Positions 1 through 10,275 of a DNA stretch of 64,000 nt are shown in pieces. Origin of the DNA: Abditibacterium sp. (GTDB lineage: Bacteria; Armatimonadota; Abditibacteriia; Abditibacteriales; Abditibacteriaceae); assembly GCA_965199495.1 (NCBI GenBank), contig CBDASK010000003.1:2720001-2784000 (forward strand), in the 5' to 3' direction. The notes under the pieces were generated by a model. The model was not told where the DNA came from. It saw only the letters and a list, made by a program, of their open reading frames with translations, and made no database searches. Position 1 is the first letter of the stretch; each line of letters opens with the position of its first letter. The translations under genes were made by a program, and so were the position numbers.

Positions 1-1
1 A

Positions 2-535
2 CGCACCGCCGCCCGCGCGCCGACGCACCATTGCTTTGGCCTCCACGAATGGGCGATGGTTCATCGCGCGCCACAAACGCGTCACGCGTCGCCGCTCCGT
101 TTGAGCGACGACGAAATCGCCGCAGTTGTCGAATCGCAGGGCGTGCGATGTTCGCACTACGACGCGTTTCGCTTTTTTACGCCGTCGGCGCGTCCACTCA
201 ATCTGTTGCAACCCTCGTCCGATAATCGCGCCGAATTCGAGCAACCCGGTTGTTTGCACGCCAACATGGATTTGTATAAATGGGCCTACAAGTTCGCGCC
301 GTGGATCGCGTCCGATTTGGTCGCCGACGGCTTTGAACTCGCCCGCGACGCGCGTTTACTGGATATGCGCGCCGCGCCCTACGATTTGAGCGAATTCGGC
401 GTCGAACCAATTCCGCTCGAAACCGCGCCGGGCCGCGCCCATTACGCGGCCCGACAACGCCAAATCGCCGAGCGCGCCGCGCCGCTACGCGCGCGCTTGA
501 TCGTGGCCTATCAGGAAATTTTGAAGCAGGTATAA
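2..535 (+). CDS. 5'-truncated conserved protein (family often annotated as 3-methyladenine DNA glycosylase-like)
   Basis: Frame open from the window edge; motifs HCFGLHEWAMV, CSHYDAFRFFT, EQPGCLHANMDLYKWA, LDMRAAPYDL. Confidence 0.6.
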   Translation, partial: RTAARAPTHHCFGLHEWAMVHRAPQTRHASPLRLSDDEIAAVVESQGVRCSHYDAFRFFTPSARPLNLLQPSSDNRAEFEQPGCLHANMDLYKWAYKFAPWIASDLVADGFELARDARLLDMRAAPYDLSEFGVEPIPLETAPGRAHYAARQRQIAERAAPLRARLIVAYQEILKQV

Positions 536-559
536 ATCAGCAACGGTGATTCGATTTTA

Positions 560-830
560 CGTCTCCCTGAATTTGCGTTGCGTAACCGCGCGCCAGTTTG
601 AGTGTGGCCAACGTCGCGCGCGCCGAATCCTGCCATGCGCCAGCGGGATAGGTCATGCGCGGCCCGCACGCGCCGACAACTGGATGCGCATCCAATTGCC
701 TAAAGTATCGAGCGCGCGCCGTCTGCGGCAACCGCGTCGGGATTGAGAAACAACGCCACGCGGTCGGCAATTGAGGGCAGCAAAATGTTGGCGGCGATAA
801 CGGGCAAGAGCGACGTGCCGCCGCCCGGAG
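560..830 (-). pseudogene. Degenerate, internally deleted copy of the GT2 glycosyltransferase at 2509-3453
   Basis: Fragments LFLNPD, DAHPVVGACGPRMTYP and ARATLATLKLARGYA, in shifting frames, match the GT2 protein (LFLNPD, DAHPAVGACGPRMTYP, ARASLATLKLLRGYA). Confidence 0.8.
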
Positions 831-1097
831 TTATCGAGCAGATAATTGAACGCACGTTGCTGATTTGCCCGATGGCAACATCAAAGCAAAGCTGGTCAAA
901 AGCCCCCTGATGCGCGCGCAAAGACGCACGGAGGGGATAAAAGATGAAGGCGCAGGAATGAAGGGCGAAACGCGAAATAGCGCCAAATCAATCCGCCGCC
1001 TCATGCAGCCACGGCGCATGGATGGGGGAATTCGCCCCCATAAACGCGGGTAAATCGCGCGGTTTGTGGCCCACGATTTTCACTTTGGAAGCGAGTT

Positions 1098-2447
1098 ATG
1101 GCCAACATCACAGATAGAGTTATAGACGCCGCTCATTTGATAGATAGCTCCGACGAATTCAATTTTCTGTTGCACCTCGTTGGCGACGCGCGTTTCGTTT
1201 TGCTGGGCGAAGCCTCGCACGGAACGCGCGAGTTTTACCACGCGCGCGCAAATATAACGCGGCGTCTCATCGAAGAAAAAGGCTTTAACGCCGTCGCCGT
1301 CGAAGCCGATTGGCCCGATGCTTATCGCGTCAACTGCTACGCGCGCGCCGCCAGCGACGACGCCGATGCCGAACAAGCCCTGAGCGATTTCGAGCGATTC
1401 CCAACCTGGATGTGGCGCAATCACACCGTCGCCGATTTCGTCGAGTGGCTGTGCGAGCATAACCAAAACCGCGCCAGCGATGTCGGCTTTTACGGCCTCG
1501 ATTTGTATTCGCTGCACGCTTCTATCGAAGCCGTTACGCGCTACTTAGACCGCGCCGACCCCGCAGCAGCCACGCGCGCGCGCCAGCGTTACGCGTGCTT
1601 TGAAAGGTTCGGCGAAAACACGCAACAATACGGGCTTTACACCTCGCTGGGCCTGTCGCCTTCGCACGAAGACGAGGCCACATCTCAGTTGGTCGAACTG
1701 CAAAAACGCGTCGCGCGCCACGCCGCGCAGGATGGTCGCGTGGCGCGCGACAAAGAATTCTACGCGCAGCAAAACGCGAAATTGGTGGTAGACGCCGAAC
1801 GTTATTATCGCGCGATGTTCGCGGGCCGCGACGAAAGCTGGAATTTGCGCGACACGCACATGGCCGATACTCTCGACGCTCTGGCGCAGCATCTGGGCGA
1901 CGAGAGCAAAATCGTGGTGTGGGCGCACAACTCGCATTTGGGCGACGCGCGCGCCACCGAAATGGCGCGGCGCGGCGAACTGAATCTGGGCCAACTGACG
2001 CGCGAGCGCCACGGCGACGCCACGATAAACGTCGGATTTTCGACCTACGCGGGCGAAGTCACGGCGGCTTCGGATTGGGATGCGCCCGCCGAGCGCAAAC
2101 GCGTGCGCCCCGGCTTGAACAATTCTTACGAAGCGCTATTTCACGAAGTCGCCGCTCAAGTCGGCAACTTCGGATTGAACTTGCGCGAGCAGCCCGCGCA
2201 CGATGAATTAAGCCAGCCGCGCTTGCAGCGCGCCATCGGCGTGATTTACCGGCCTGACACCGAACGCCTGAGCCACTATTTTCAGGCGCATCTGTCGCAG
2301 CAGTTCGATGTCATGCTGCACTACGACCAAACTCACGCTCTCGAACCGTTGGAGCCGAGCGAAATCTGGCGACGCGGGCAGCATCCCGATAGCGAAGCGC
2401 ACGCGCTCGCTGGCGAGGCGCTCGAAACTTACCCTTCGGGCCTGTGA
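1098..2447 (+). CDS. Erythromycin esterase family protein
   Basis: LLGEASHGTREFY, AVEADWPDA, FPTWMWRN, WNLRDTHM, VVWAHNSHLGDARAT, RAIGVIY. Confidence 0.9.
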   Translation: MANITDRVIDAAHLIDSSDEFNFLLHLVGDARFVLLGEASHGTREFYHARANITRRLIEEKGFNAVAVEADWPDAYRVNCYARAASDDADAEQALSDFERFPTWMWRNHTVADFVEWLCEHNQNRASDVGFYGLDLYSLHASIEAVTRYLDRADPAAATRARQRYACFERFGENTQQYGLYTSLGLSPSHEDEATSQLVELQKRVARHAAQDGRVARDKEFYAQQNAKLVVDAERYYRAMFAGRDESWNLRDTHMADTLDALAQHLGDESKIVVWAHNSHLGDARATEMARRGELNLGQLTRERHGDATINVGFSTYAGEVTAASDWDAPAERKRVRPGLNNSYEALFHEVAAQVGNFGLNLREQPAHDELSQPRLQRAIGVIYRPDTERLSHYFQAHLSQQFDVMLHYDQTHALEPLEPSEIWRRGQHPDSEAHALAGEALETYPSGL

Positions 2448-2508
2448 AACAACATTGGTTGCGCGCGCTTAAAACGCGCGCGGCGAAAAATAAAGCGCGC
2501 AAATCCGT

Positions 2509-3453
2509 TCACGATTTGCGCGCTTTGCGCCGCAAAATGCCGCGCAGTTCGCCGATTTTAGCGTAGCCGCGCAACAGTTTCAGCGTGGCCAGACTCGCGC
2601 GCGCACCGATGCCAAGAGCAGCCACGGGCGCCAGCCAGCGACCTTTGCCTTTCATATAATGCTTGCGATAAAACAGCCACATCGCCGCGTGATGGCGTCG
2701 GATGCTGGTGCCCTGCGCCAAATCGGACGACTTGCCGATATGATGTTGAATCGTCGCAGAAGTCACATAGAAACGCGACCAGTTTTTTTCCATCAGGCGA
2801 TAACATAAATCAATATCTTCGCAATACATGAAAAAATCTTCGTCCCACGGCCCGCGCCCCAGATCGATTTCTTGTAACGCCTCGCGCCGCGCTGTAATCG
2901 CCGAACCCGACAGCCAATCCACCGCGCGCTCCTGCGTGCGGTCAACGTTTGTCATCAAATAGCCGCGCGACCACGGATTGTTGGGCCACAAGCGGCCCAG
3001 AAACGAATTGCGAAACAAACCCGCACCAAACGACGGAAACCCGCGCGCCGACGCTTGCAACTCGCCGTCGGGATAAGTCATGCGCGGCCCGCACGCGCCG
3101 ACTGCGGGATGCGCGTCCATCCAATCGCACAAAACATCGAGAGCGCCGTCTTCGACAATTGTATCGGGATTGAGAAACAGCACGAAACGCCCGCGCGAAC
3201 GTTTGTAACCCAAGTTATTGCCCGCGCTAAACCCGATGTTGCCGCCGCTTTCGATGAGCGTGACGCCGGAATAATCGCGCTTAACCACGGCGACCGAATC
3301 GTCATATTGCGAGTCGTTATCTACGACAATAATTTCAATGGAATGCCGCCAATTTTGATTTTGGATCGAATCGAGACACGCGACCAAAAAAGGCCGCGCA
3401 TTCCAGTTAAGAATCACGACCGATAAATCCACGCCGCGCGCCGTTTCGTTCAA
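2509..3453 (-). CDS. Glycosyltransferase family 2 (WbbL-like)
   Basis: SVVILNWN, IIVVDND, NIGFSAGNN, FLNPD, DWLSGS, FFMYCEDIDLC. Confidence 0.9.
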   Translation of the reverse strand: MNETARGVDLSVVILNWNARPFLVACLDSIQNQNWRHSIEIIVVDNDSQYDDSVAVVKRDYSGVTLIESGGNIGFSAGNNLGYKRSRGRFVLFLNPDTIVEDGALDVLCDWMDAHPAVGACGPRMTYPDGELQASARGFPSFGAGLFRNSFLGRLWPNNPWSRGYLMTNVDRTQERAVDWLSGSAITARREALQEIDLGRGPWDEDFFMYCEDIDLCYRLMEKNWSRFYVTSATIQHHIGKSSDLAQGTSIRRHHAAMWLFYRKHYMKGKGRWLAPVAALGIGARASLATLKLLRGYAKIGELRGILRRKARKS

Positions 3454-3656
3454 GCGGCATCGGGCGCGTCGCTGGCGGATTCAGGCGCCGTGGCTGCATC
3501 GTCGGGCACCATCATAATTGGGATACCGTCGCGCACGGGGAATTCCTGACCGTCGTTTTGGCAGCGCAAAACCGATTTGGCTTCGTCTTCTTCGAGTTCG
3601 CCGTGACAGGTCGGGCACACCAAGATTTCTTTGAGTTGAGCGGAAATAAGGGACAT
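3450..3656 (-). CDS. Trm112/YcaR-like small protein
   Basis: LKEILVCPTCHGEL...FPVRDGIPIM; 4-nt overlap with the GT2 start. Confidence 0.85.
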   Translation of the reverse strand: MSLISAQLKEILVCPTCHGELEEDEAKSVLRCQNDGQEFPVRDGIPIMMVPDDAATAPESASDAPDAA

Positions 3657-3683
3657 TGGCGAAGCAGTATAAATCGCTGAAAT

Positions 3684-5330
3684 CTACTGCACCCAACTTT
3701 GCGCCAGTTTTTGAATTTGGCCGACCCAAACTTCTTCGTCGGCGCTGTTTGCGTTGGCCTGAATCGCGCCTTCCAAAAACTGATGCAAAGAACTCGCGTT
3801 GGAAAAATTCTTTTGCACGCCCAACTGCGCGAACTGGATGAAATTTTCCAGACTCAACGGAATAATCTGGGTTTTGCCACCGTAAAATTTGGTGTGAAGG
3901 CGGTTCAAACCGAAAAAATGTGACTTGGCACCTTCGCTCAAATTAGGCGCGATAAACAAACAATAAACCGGCTTTTGGCTATTGCGTTTGACGTTGCCAT
4001 AGTGACGCGCGACCGGTTCGCCTTCCATTTCAAATTGCTTGTTGCCCGACGAAAGCGTGACTTCGACCAACAATTTGAAATCGTCGTATTCGCACTCGAT
4101 GTCGGCCTGATTGCCGCCCGCAGTCGAAAGCGGTTGACCGTCTAAATCCATCGAGAAATTGTTGTCAATCGCAACCGCGTAATTGAGCATCGTCAGCGCG
4201 CGCCACACGTTCCACTCCAGATAAAGCGGCGCATCGGGCAATTCTTTGTCTTTGATTTGCTGAAAGACCTGCAAAATATCGGGTAAATCCTCGTGCGATT
4301 TCAGTTTGCGCTTGATTTCGCCCAAATTGCGCGCCTTGAGCGCCTGCTGCAACGCTTCCAAACGGTCTTTGAGCGCCTCCAAATCGAGCGTGCCAGAAAC
4401 CGACGCGGGCGCCGTGGCTGCTACGATGCCCTGCTTTTCTATCGCCGCGATAGCTTGTTGAATGCGCCCCAAATCGTCGGTGTAAAGCGCGATGTTATCG
4501 GCATCGAACAGATAACTTTTAAACGCCACCAAATCTTTGAAATCGCGCGGCTCGCGTTCGACGGTTTGCAGCAAAAACTCGACTTCGGCGCGCCTGACCG
4601 GCGAAATTTGCAAACGCGTGCTGCGCGTATCGAAATTCGCCAACTGCGTGGCGCGCAGATAACGCATAAAGGCGTCGGCATAATCGCGCATCGAACTCTT
4701 TTTGGTTGCCACAAATTTCTTGTAAGTCGCGTCCGAACTTTGGCGCGTGGCGAAATCTCTCTGCGCGATTTGATCGGCGAAAATCTCGGTGATTTGCGCG
4801 TTGAAATAACTATCGGCAAACGCGCGTTTGTTGGTTACACAGGCTTTAATCGCCGCCCGAAAATCGAGAATTTTCTGCTTTACTTCCTCGTATTTGTCAA
4901 CGCGCGTCAGTTGCAAAAAGAACATCGCGATTTCGCGTTTAGAAATTCCGTCGAGTTCGTGCGCCAAACGCAGCAATTCCAGATACGGTTTCACGCCAAA
5001 ACGTCCCTGCGCATCCGCCGTGTGATAAGGCGAAGGCAACTGAAACTTCATCATTTGCCGCGTCAATGTTTCGTGCGTGCGCTTGCCACCAAGCAACCGC
5101 TCGCCCGCCGGAGTGAGCGCGATGACGGGTTTAAGATCGATGAAACCGAGTAATTCCATCGGTTCGCCCGCGAATCTTTTTTCCCAAAGGCCTTCGTCGT
5201 CCAATTGCCGCGCGGCGCGTTTGCGCACGTCGCGCCAATTTTGCCCGACGAAGTTGGACGAAACCGACGCGACAATTGGGGCGAGATTCACCAAATCGTA
5301 AGGGAAACGCGAATGTTTTAAGATGGACAT
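3684..5330 (-). CDS. AlwI-family (Nt.BstNBI/MlyI/PleI-like) restriction or nicking endonuclease
   Basis: KFQLPSPYH, KPYLELLRL, MRDYADAFMRYLRAT, LEWNVWRA, TAGGNQADIE...VEVTLSSG..QFEMEGEPVARH. Confidence 0.85.
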   Translation of the reverse strand: MSILKHSRFPYDLVNLAPIVASVSSNFVGQNWRDVRKRAARQLDDEGLWEKRFAGEPMELLGFIDLKPVIALTPAGERLLGGKRTHETLTRQMMKFQLPSPYHTADAQGRFGVKPYLELLRLAHELDGISKREIAMFFLQLTRVDKYEEVKQKILDFRAAIKACVTNKRAFADSYFNAQITEIFADQIAQRDFATRQSSDATYKKFVATKKSSMRDYADAFMRYLRATQLANFDTRSTRLQISPVRRAEVEFLLQTVEREPRDFKDLVAFKSYLFDADNIALYTDDLGRIQQAIAAIEKQGIVAATAPASVSGTLDLEALKDRLEALQQALKARNLGEIKRKLKSHEDLPDILQVFQQIKDKELPDAPLYLEWNVWRALTMLNYAVAIDNNFSMDLDGQPLSTAGGNQADIECEYDDFKLLVEVTLSSGNKQFEMEGEPVARHYGNVKRNSQKPVYCLFIAPNLSEGAKSHFFGLNRLHTKFYGGKTQIIPLSLENFIQFAQLGVQKNFSNASSLHQFLEGAIQANANSADEEVWVGQIQKLAQSWVQ

Positions 5331-5334
5331 AAAT

Positions 5335-6114
5335 CTACGATTTGGCCGGAAAGAATTGTTCTTTCAACAGAAAATGTTGCGCCGCCGCGATGTATAAATC
5401 GGTGACTTGATTGAAGCTACGAAACAGAAAATCGTCTTTATTCTGGTTGAACGGATCGTTGTCGAGACGCGTATCGAAAAGCGATTTTTTGGATTCGTCG
5501 GCGACCAGATAAAACTCGGTTTTAAAATCGCGCAACTGATACAATTTGAGCAGCGAACGTCGAAATTCCGGCGTGTTCTCGACTTCAAAAGCCGCTTTGG
5601 GAAACGGGCGTTTGGTGTGCTTGCTAAACCACAACACATCAATTTTGGTGGTCTGTTTTTGCAAATCCGCAAAAGTAAACTGCGGGACTTTCGATAGCGA
5701 GGCAATGCTGCCCAATTTTTTGCCGTCGAAATCCGAACTTGGGTCGGCGGTATAAGTTTCGTAACCGTAAAAATTGCCCATTTCGAGCAGCATTCCCTGG
5801 ATCGTGGCGTGGCGCGCCGCAGGTTTAATCGCGACTTTATCGGCAATTTTTTGGAAAGTGCTTTTTTTGGCTTTGGCGTTTTTAAAGCCGAAAACGCCCA
5901 AACCCAAACGCACGATTTGGTCGCGCTGTTTCATGTCGCGATAAAGCACGCCGCGCAAAGTCGCCTGCCAGTTGGCGTTGGTCGAAAGATCGCGATATTT
6001 GGCGATGCCGACATACATTTTTTCCAGCGATGCCGCGCCGCCGTTATCTTCGATGGTTTTTTCGATGGCTTCGACCCAGCTCAATTCGGTTTGCGGTTGC
6101 GATGTTTGCGGCAC
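5335..6114 (-). CDS. Winged-helix plus PD-(D/E)xK-like nuclease domain protein
   Basis: N-terminal SWVEAIEK..GG.ASL..MY...WQATLRGVLY; C-terminal HATIQGMLLEMG..., IDVLWF...AAFEVENT. GTG start at 6114 chosen because the ORF extension to 6216 overlaps the divergent gene. Confidence 0.65.
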   Translation of the reverse strand: MPQTSQPQTELSWVEAIEKTIEDNGGAASLEKMYVGIAKYRDLSTNANWQATLRGVLYRDMKQRDQIVRLGLGVFGFKNAKAKKSTFQKIADKVAIKPAARHATIQGMLLEMGNFYGYETYTADPSSDFDGKKLGSIASLSKVPQFTFADLQKQTTKIDVLWFSKHTKRPFPKAAFEVENTPEFRRSLLKLYQLRDFKTEFYLVADESKKSLFDTRLDNDPFNQNKDDFLFRSFNQVTDLYIAAAQHFLLKEQFFPAKS

Positions 6115-6190
6115 GACTCCAATTCTACCAAGCGGCTCCGATTTAAGCGAGTCGAATTTCGCCGCCGCGCTCCGTTTATACTTGCTTTTG

Positions 6191-7474
6191 ATGTCCGCCA
6201 ATCCCCTCTTCGCCAAAAGTCAAGCCCTCGCGCGCGCCGTGGCTGCGCGTGGCGGGCGGGCGCTTTTGGTCGGCGGCTACGTGCGCGACGAACTTTTGGG
6301 CCGCGCGCCCAAAGACGCCGACATCGAAGTTTACGGTTTGCAAGCGCCCGATTTGCGCGCGACTTTGGAACAGTTGAGCCGCGTGGATTGCGTCGGCGAA
6401 AGTTTTCGGGTTTATAAATTGGTCTGGCACGATCGTAAAATTCGCCACGAACTCGATGTTTCGCTGCCGCGCCGCGACCGCAAAATCGGCGACGGACACA
6501 AAGGTTTTGAAGTCGAGGGCGACCCATTCGCCTCGTTCGAGGACGCCGCGCGGCGGCGCGATTTCACGCTCAACGCGATTTTGCGCGATCCGTTGTCGGG
6601 CGAAATCATCGATCCGTTTGGCGGGCGCACCGATTTAGAAAACCGCGTTTTGCGCGCGGTTGATGCCGCGCATTTCGGCGAAGATTCGCTGCGCGTGTTG
6701 CGCGCCATGCAATTCGCCGGACGATTCGGTCTGTCCATCGAAGCAGCAACGGCGACGCTGTGTCGCGCGACGCCGCTCGACGATTTGCCCGCCGAACGCG
6801 TGTGGGGCGAATGGGAAAAATGGCTGCTCAAATCGCCGCGACCAAGTTTGGGTTTGCGCGCGGGCCGCGAAATCGGCGTGTTTGCGCGTTTGTTTCCGTA
6901 TTTGCAAATCGCGATGGAACGGCGCGGAACCGACATCGAAAACGCTTTGGATAGCGCCGCGCTTTTGTTAAACGGTTTGGAAATGCCACATCAAGTCGCG
7001 TTAATGCTTTCGACAATCGGTTCTTTTCTGGGCTGGCGCGATACCAAATTGATGTTAGACAAATTAGGCGTTGCCAAAATGAAGGGCGAAAAACAGGCGA
7101 TTGACGTGGCGAAACTCACGATTCAATTGGTCGGCGCGCGCAAAACGCCGCGCGATTGGTTCGAGCGGCGCGAATTGGTGGAAGATAAAGAATTTCGTTT
7201 TTTCTCGGCGCGCATTCATCCGCAGTTGACAACGCTTTTGTCGCGCGCCCGCAGCCACGGCGAGGCGGCGGATTGGTTTGAAGACAATTTGAAACGATTG
7301 GAAGTTTGGAATGGGCCGCCCGCGCCGCTATTATTGGGGCGTCATTTGTTGGAAATGGGAATGACGCCGGGGCCGAAAATTGGCGAAATCGTCAACCGCG
7401 TTTACATGGCTCAATTGGCGGGCGAAGTCGTGACGTTGGACGACGCGAAGGCTTTGGTCAAAAATGTGACCTAA
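6191..7474 (+). CDS. cca: tRNA nucleotidyltransferase / poly(A) polymerase family
   Basis: LVGGYVRDELLG..KDADIE, RRRDFTLNA, DPFGG..DL, EDSLRVLRAMQF, ERVWGEWEK. Confidence 0.85.
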   Translation: MSANPLFAKSQALARAVAARGGRALLVGGYVRDELLGRAPKDADIEVYGLQAPDLRATLEQLSRVDCVGESFRVYKLVWHDRKIRHELDVSLPRRDRKIGDGHKGFEVEGDPFASFEDAARRRDFTLNAILRDPLSGEIIDPFGGRTDLENRVLRAVDAAHFGEDSLRVLRAMQFAGRFGLSIEAATATLCRATPLDDLPAERVWGEWEKWLLKSPRPSLGLRAGREIGVFARLFPYLQIAMERRGTDIENALDSAALLLNGLEMPHQVALMLSTIGSFLGWRDTKLMLDKLGVAKMKGEKQAIDVAKLTIQLVGARKTPRDWFERRELVEDKEFRFFSARIHPQLTTLLSRARSHGEAADWFEDNLKRLEVWNGPPAPLLLGRHLLEMGMTPGPKIGEIVNRVYMAQLAGEVVTLDDAKALVKNVT

Positions 7475-7610
7475 TGCAACTTCAAATATTGGGGCGCGTT
7501 CGACTGACTGACTCCCCGTTTTCTGAAACAAACTCATTCTCACGACTGATTTCGCGAGTGAAACGAGATTTTGCTGAAACAGCAGTCCAAAGACATCAAA
7601 CTAATCAATC

Positions 7611-8864
7611 ATGTCGCTTTTCGAGACGAATTCATCGGAGATAAACGACCCGCAACGTTTAGCTGCGTTGGGGCTTTCGGGGTTGCTCGATACGCCGCCC
7701 GAAGCGGCCTTTGATAAATTCACCGCTCTGGCTCAGCAAATTTTGGGAGTGTCCGTCGCGCTGATTTCGCTGGTGGACGAAGATCGCCAGTTTTTCAAAA
7801 GCCAGATCGGATTGCCCGAACCGTGGGCACAAGCCCGGCAAACGCCGCTTTCTCACTCGTTTTGTCAGTATGTAATCACCCGAAACGAGCCTTTGATTGT
7901 CAACGACGCGCACTTAAATTCACTGGTCAAAGAGAATCTCGCGGTTTCGGAAATTGGCTTGGTCGCTTATGCGGGCGTTCCTCTGCGCACGGCTTCCGGC
8001 CAAGTCATCGGCGCGTTTTGCGCCATTGACACGCAACCCGTGCAATGGACGCCGCGCGACATCGAAATTTTGAGCGCCTTAGCCGAAATGGTGATGCGCG
8101 AAGTCGCATTGCGCCAGATGGCGCAGCAGCTTGACGAGCGTTACAAATCGCTTCAAATCGCCGAAGATCGCCGCGATAGTCTGGTCAATATGCTCGTCCA
8201 CGACTTGCGCACTCCTCTCTCTTCGCTGGTTGCCGGTTTGGATACGCTGAACGTGGTCGCGCAATTGGATGGCGTTGCGCAGAATATGCTCGATATTTCG
8301 GTGCGTGGCGCAAAATCTTTGTCGGGCATGATCGACACGATTCTGGACGTGAGCCGAGCCGAAGCGGGGCTGCTGGTTTTGGATCGCAAACCGATATTGC
8401 CGCTCTCTCTGGCGGCGTTGGCAACCGAAGAAGTGGAGCAATTAATCTTGAAGAAATCGCTCGCACTATCGCTCGAAATCGCACCCGAACTGCCGGTTTT
8501 TAGCGCCGATAAAAACAAGTTAAGACGCGTGTTGATTAATCTTCTGGGCAACGCGATTTCTCACACGCCAGCGAAGGGCCAGCTCAAAATTTCCGTCGAA
8601 TTATGTTCCGATGGACAAACTTTTCTGTGGTGCGTTTCGGATACGGGAACGGGCATTCCCGCCGACGAATTGGAACATATCTTTGAGAAATTTGGTCAGG
8701 TCGCCTCAACCAGCCACGGCCAAGCCAACTCAGGGTTGGGCCTGACGTTTTGCAAACTGGTCATCGAAGCGCACGGCGGAAAAATGTGGGCCGAGAGCCA
8801 GATGGAGCAGGGCAGCCAGTTCTATTTCACTATCCCGCTCGCCAATGGAGATTCCGAATTATAG
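7611..8864 (+). CDS. GAF-domain sensor histidine kinase
   Basis: GAF (LLDTPPEAAFD, HSFCQY, YAGVPL), H-box HDLRTPL, NLLGNA, DTGTGI, GLGL. Confidence 0.9.
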   Translation: MSLFETNSSEINDPQRLAALGLSGLLDTPPEAAFDKFTALAQQILGVSVALISLVDEDRQFFKSQIGLPEPWAQARQTPLSHSFCQYVITRNEPLIVNDAHLNSLVKENLAVSEIGLVAYAGVPLRTASGQVIGAFCAIDTQPVQWTPRDIEILSALAEMVMREVALRQMAQQLDERYKSLQIAEDRRDSLVNMLVHDLRTPLSSLVAGLDTLNVVAQLDGVAQNMLDISVRGAKSLSGMIDTILDVSRAEAGLLVLDRKPILPLSLAALATEEVEQLILKKSLALSLEIAPELPVFSADKNKLRRVLINLLGNAISHTPAKGQLKISVELCSDGQTFLWCVSDTGTGIPADELEHIFEKFGQVASTSHGQANSGLGLTFCKLVIEAHGGKMWAESQMEQGSQFYFTIPLANGDSEL

Positions 8865-8923
8865 AACCTCATTCCCAAAATATCGCATCACACGCCGCAA
8901 ACGCAATTTGCTTTACTATTGGC

Positions 8924-10255
8924 ATGGAAAAAATCACCATTATTGGCGGCGGCCTCGCCGGTTGCGAAGCCGCGTGGCAAGCTGCCAACGCGGGCGCGCA
9001 CGTTCGGCTTTACGAAATGCGCCCGCACGTTTCGACCAAAATTCACCAGACGCACGATTTAGCCGAATTGGTTTGCTCCAACTCGCTTAAATCGAACGAT
9101 TTGAGCAAAGCGTCGGGCTTGCTCAAATGGGAAATGCGCCGTTTGAATTCGCTGCTCATCGCCGCCGCCGACGCGTCGAGCGTTCCGGCGGGTTCGGCCT
9201 TAGCCGTTGACCGTCGCAAGTTCGCGGCTTATATTACGGAACATCTGGAAAATCATCCGAACGTCGAAATCGTGCGCGAAGAGGTGCAGGAAATTCCCGC
9301 CGAAGGTTTCGTTATCGTTGCGTCCGGCCCGCTTTCGAGCGAGCATTTGGCGGCTTCGATTCAACGCGAATTGGGCAGCGCATTCCTCAATTTCTTCGAT
9401 GCCGTCGCGCCGATTGTGGACGCCGACACTTTGGATTACGATACGCTATTTCTCGCTTCGCGTTATGACAAAGGCGACGCGGCCTATTGGAATTCGGCGC
9501 TGACCGAAGCCAAATACGACGAGTTTCGCAACGCTCTGCTCGAAGCCGAGAAATCCGAATCGCACAACGAAGACGACGCGCCTTATTTCGAGAGTTGTAT
9601 GCCCATCGAAGAACTCGCCAATCGCGGGCGCCTGACGATGCGTTTCGGGCCGTTACGCGGCGCCGGTTTAACCGATCCGAAAACCGACCGTTGGCCGTTC
9701 GCCGCCGTGCAACTGCGCGCCGAAAACGCCGATTGCACGATGTATAACTTGGTCGGTTTTCAGACGCGTCTCAAATGGGGCGAACAAACGCGCATTTTGC
9801 GGATGTTGCCCGGTCTGGAAAACGTTGAAATCGTGCGATTTGGCGTGATTCACAAGAACATCTTTCTCAATTCGCCCGCCGTGTTGAACCCGACTTTTGC
9901 GGCCAAACACCGCGCGAACTTGTTCTTCGCCGGACAGTTGACTGGCGTCGAAGGTTACGTCGAAAGTTCGGCGGCGGGCCTGATGGCCGGGCGCAACGCC
10001 GCGCGCGTGGCTGCTAATCGGGAGCCGCTCGTTTGGCCGCGCGAAACGGTTCTGGGCAGCTTGGCGCATTACATTACCGGAGCCGACGCCAAACATTTTC
10101 AGCCGATGAACTCGAACTGGGCTTTGCTTCCGCCGCTACCCGAACCGACCGATAAAAAGAAGTGGAAAAAAGATGAGAAGCCGCCGCTTCACGTCGAGCG
10201 CGGACAGGCGGCGCTGGAGCGGTTTGTCGAGCAGTTTGAGTTGGTTGCGGTATAA
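8924..10255 (+). CDS. trmFO: Folate/FAD-dependent tRNA (uracil-5) methyltransferase TrmFO
   Basis: IIGGGLAGCEAAWQ, YEMRP, AELVCSNS, YFESCMPIE, VGFQTRLKWGEQ, AGQLTGVEGYVES. Confidence 0.95.
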   Translation: MEKITIIGGGLAGCEAAWQAANAGAHVRLYEMRPHVSTKIHQTHDLAELVCSNSLKSNDLSKASGLLKWEMRRLNSLLIAAADASSVPAGSALAVDRRKFAAYITEHLENHPNVEIVREEVQEIPAEGFVIVASGPLSSEHLAASIQRELGSAFLNFFDAVAPIVDADTLDYDTLFLASRYDKGDAAYWNSALTEAKYDEFRNALLEAEKSESHNEDDAPYFESCMPIEELANRGRLTMRFGPLRGAGLTDPKTDRWPFAAVQLRAENADCTMYNLVGFQTRLKWGEQTRILRMLPGLENVEIVRFGVIHKNIFLNSPAVLNPTFAAKHRANLFFAGQLTGVEGYVESSAAGLMAGRNAARVAANREPLVWPRETVLGSLAHYITGADAKHFQPMNSNWALLPPLPEPTDKKKWKKDEKPPLHVERGQAALERFVEQFELVAV

Positions 10256-10275
10256 ATTCACATTGGGAGGATTGA

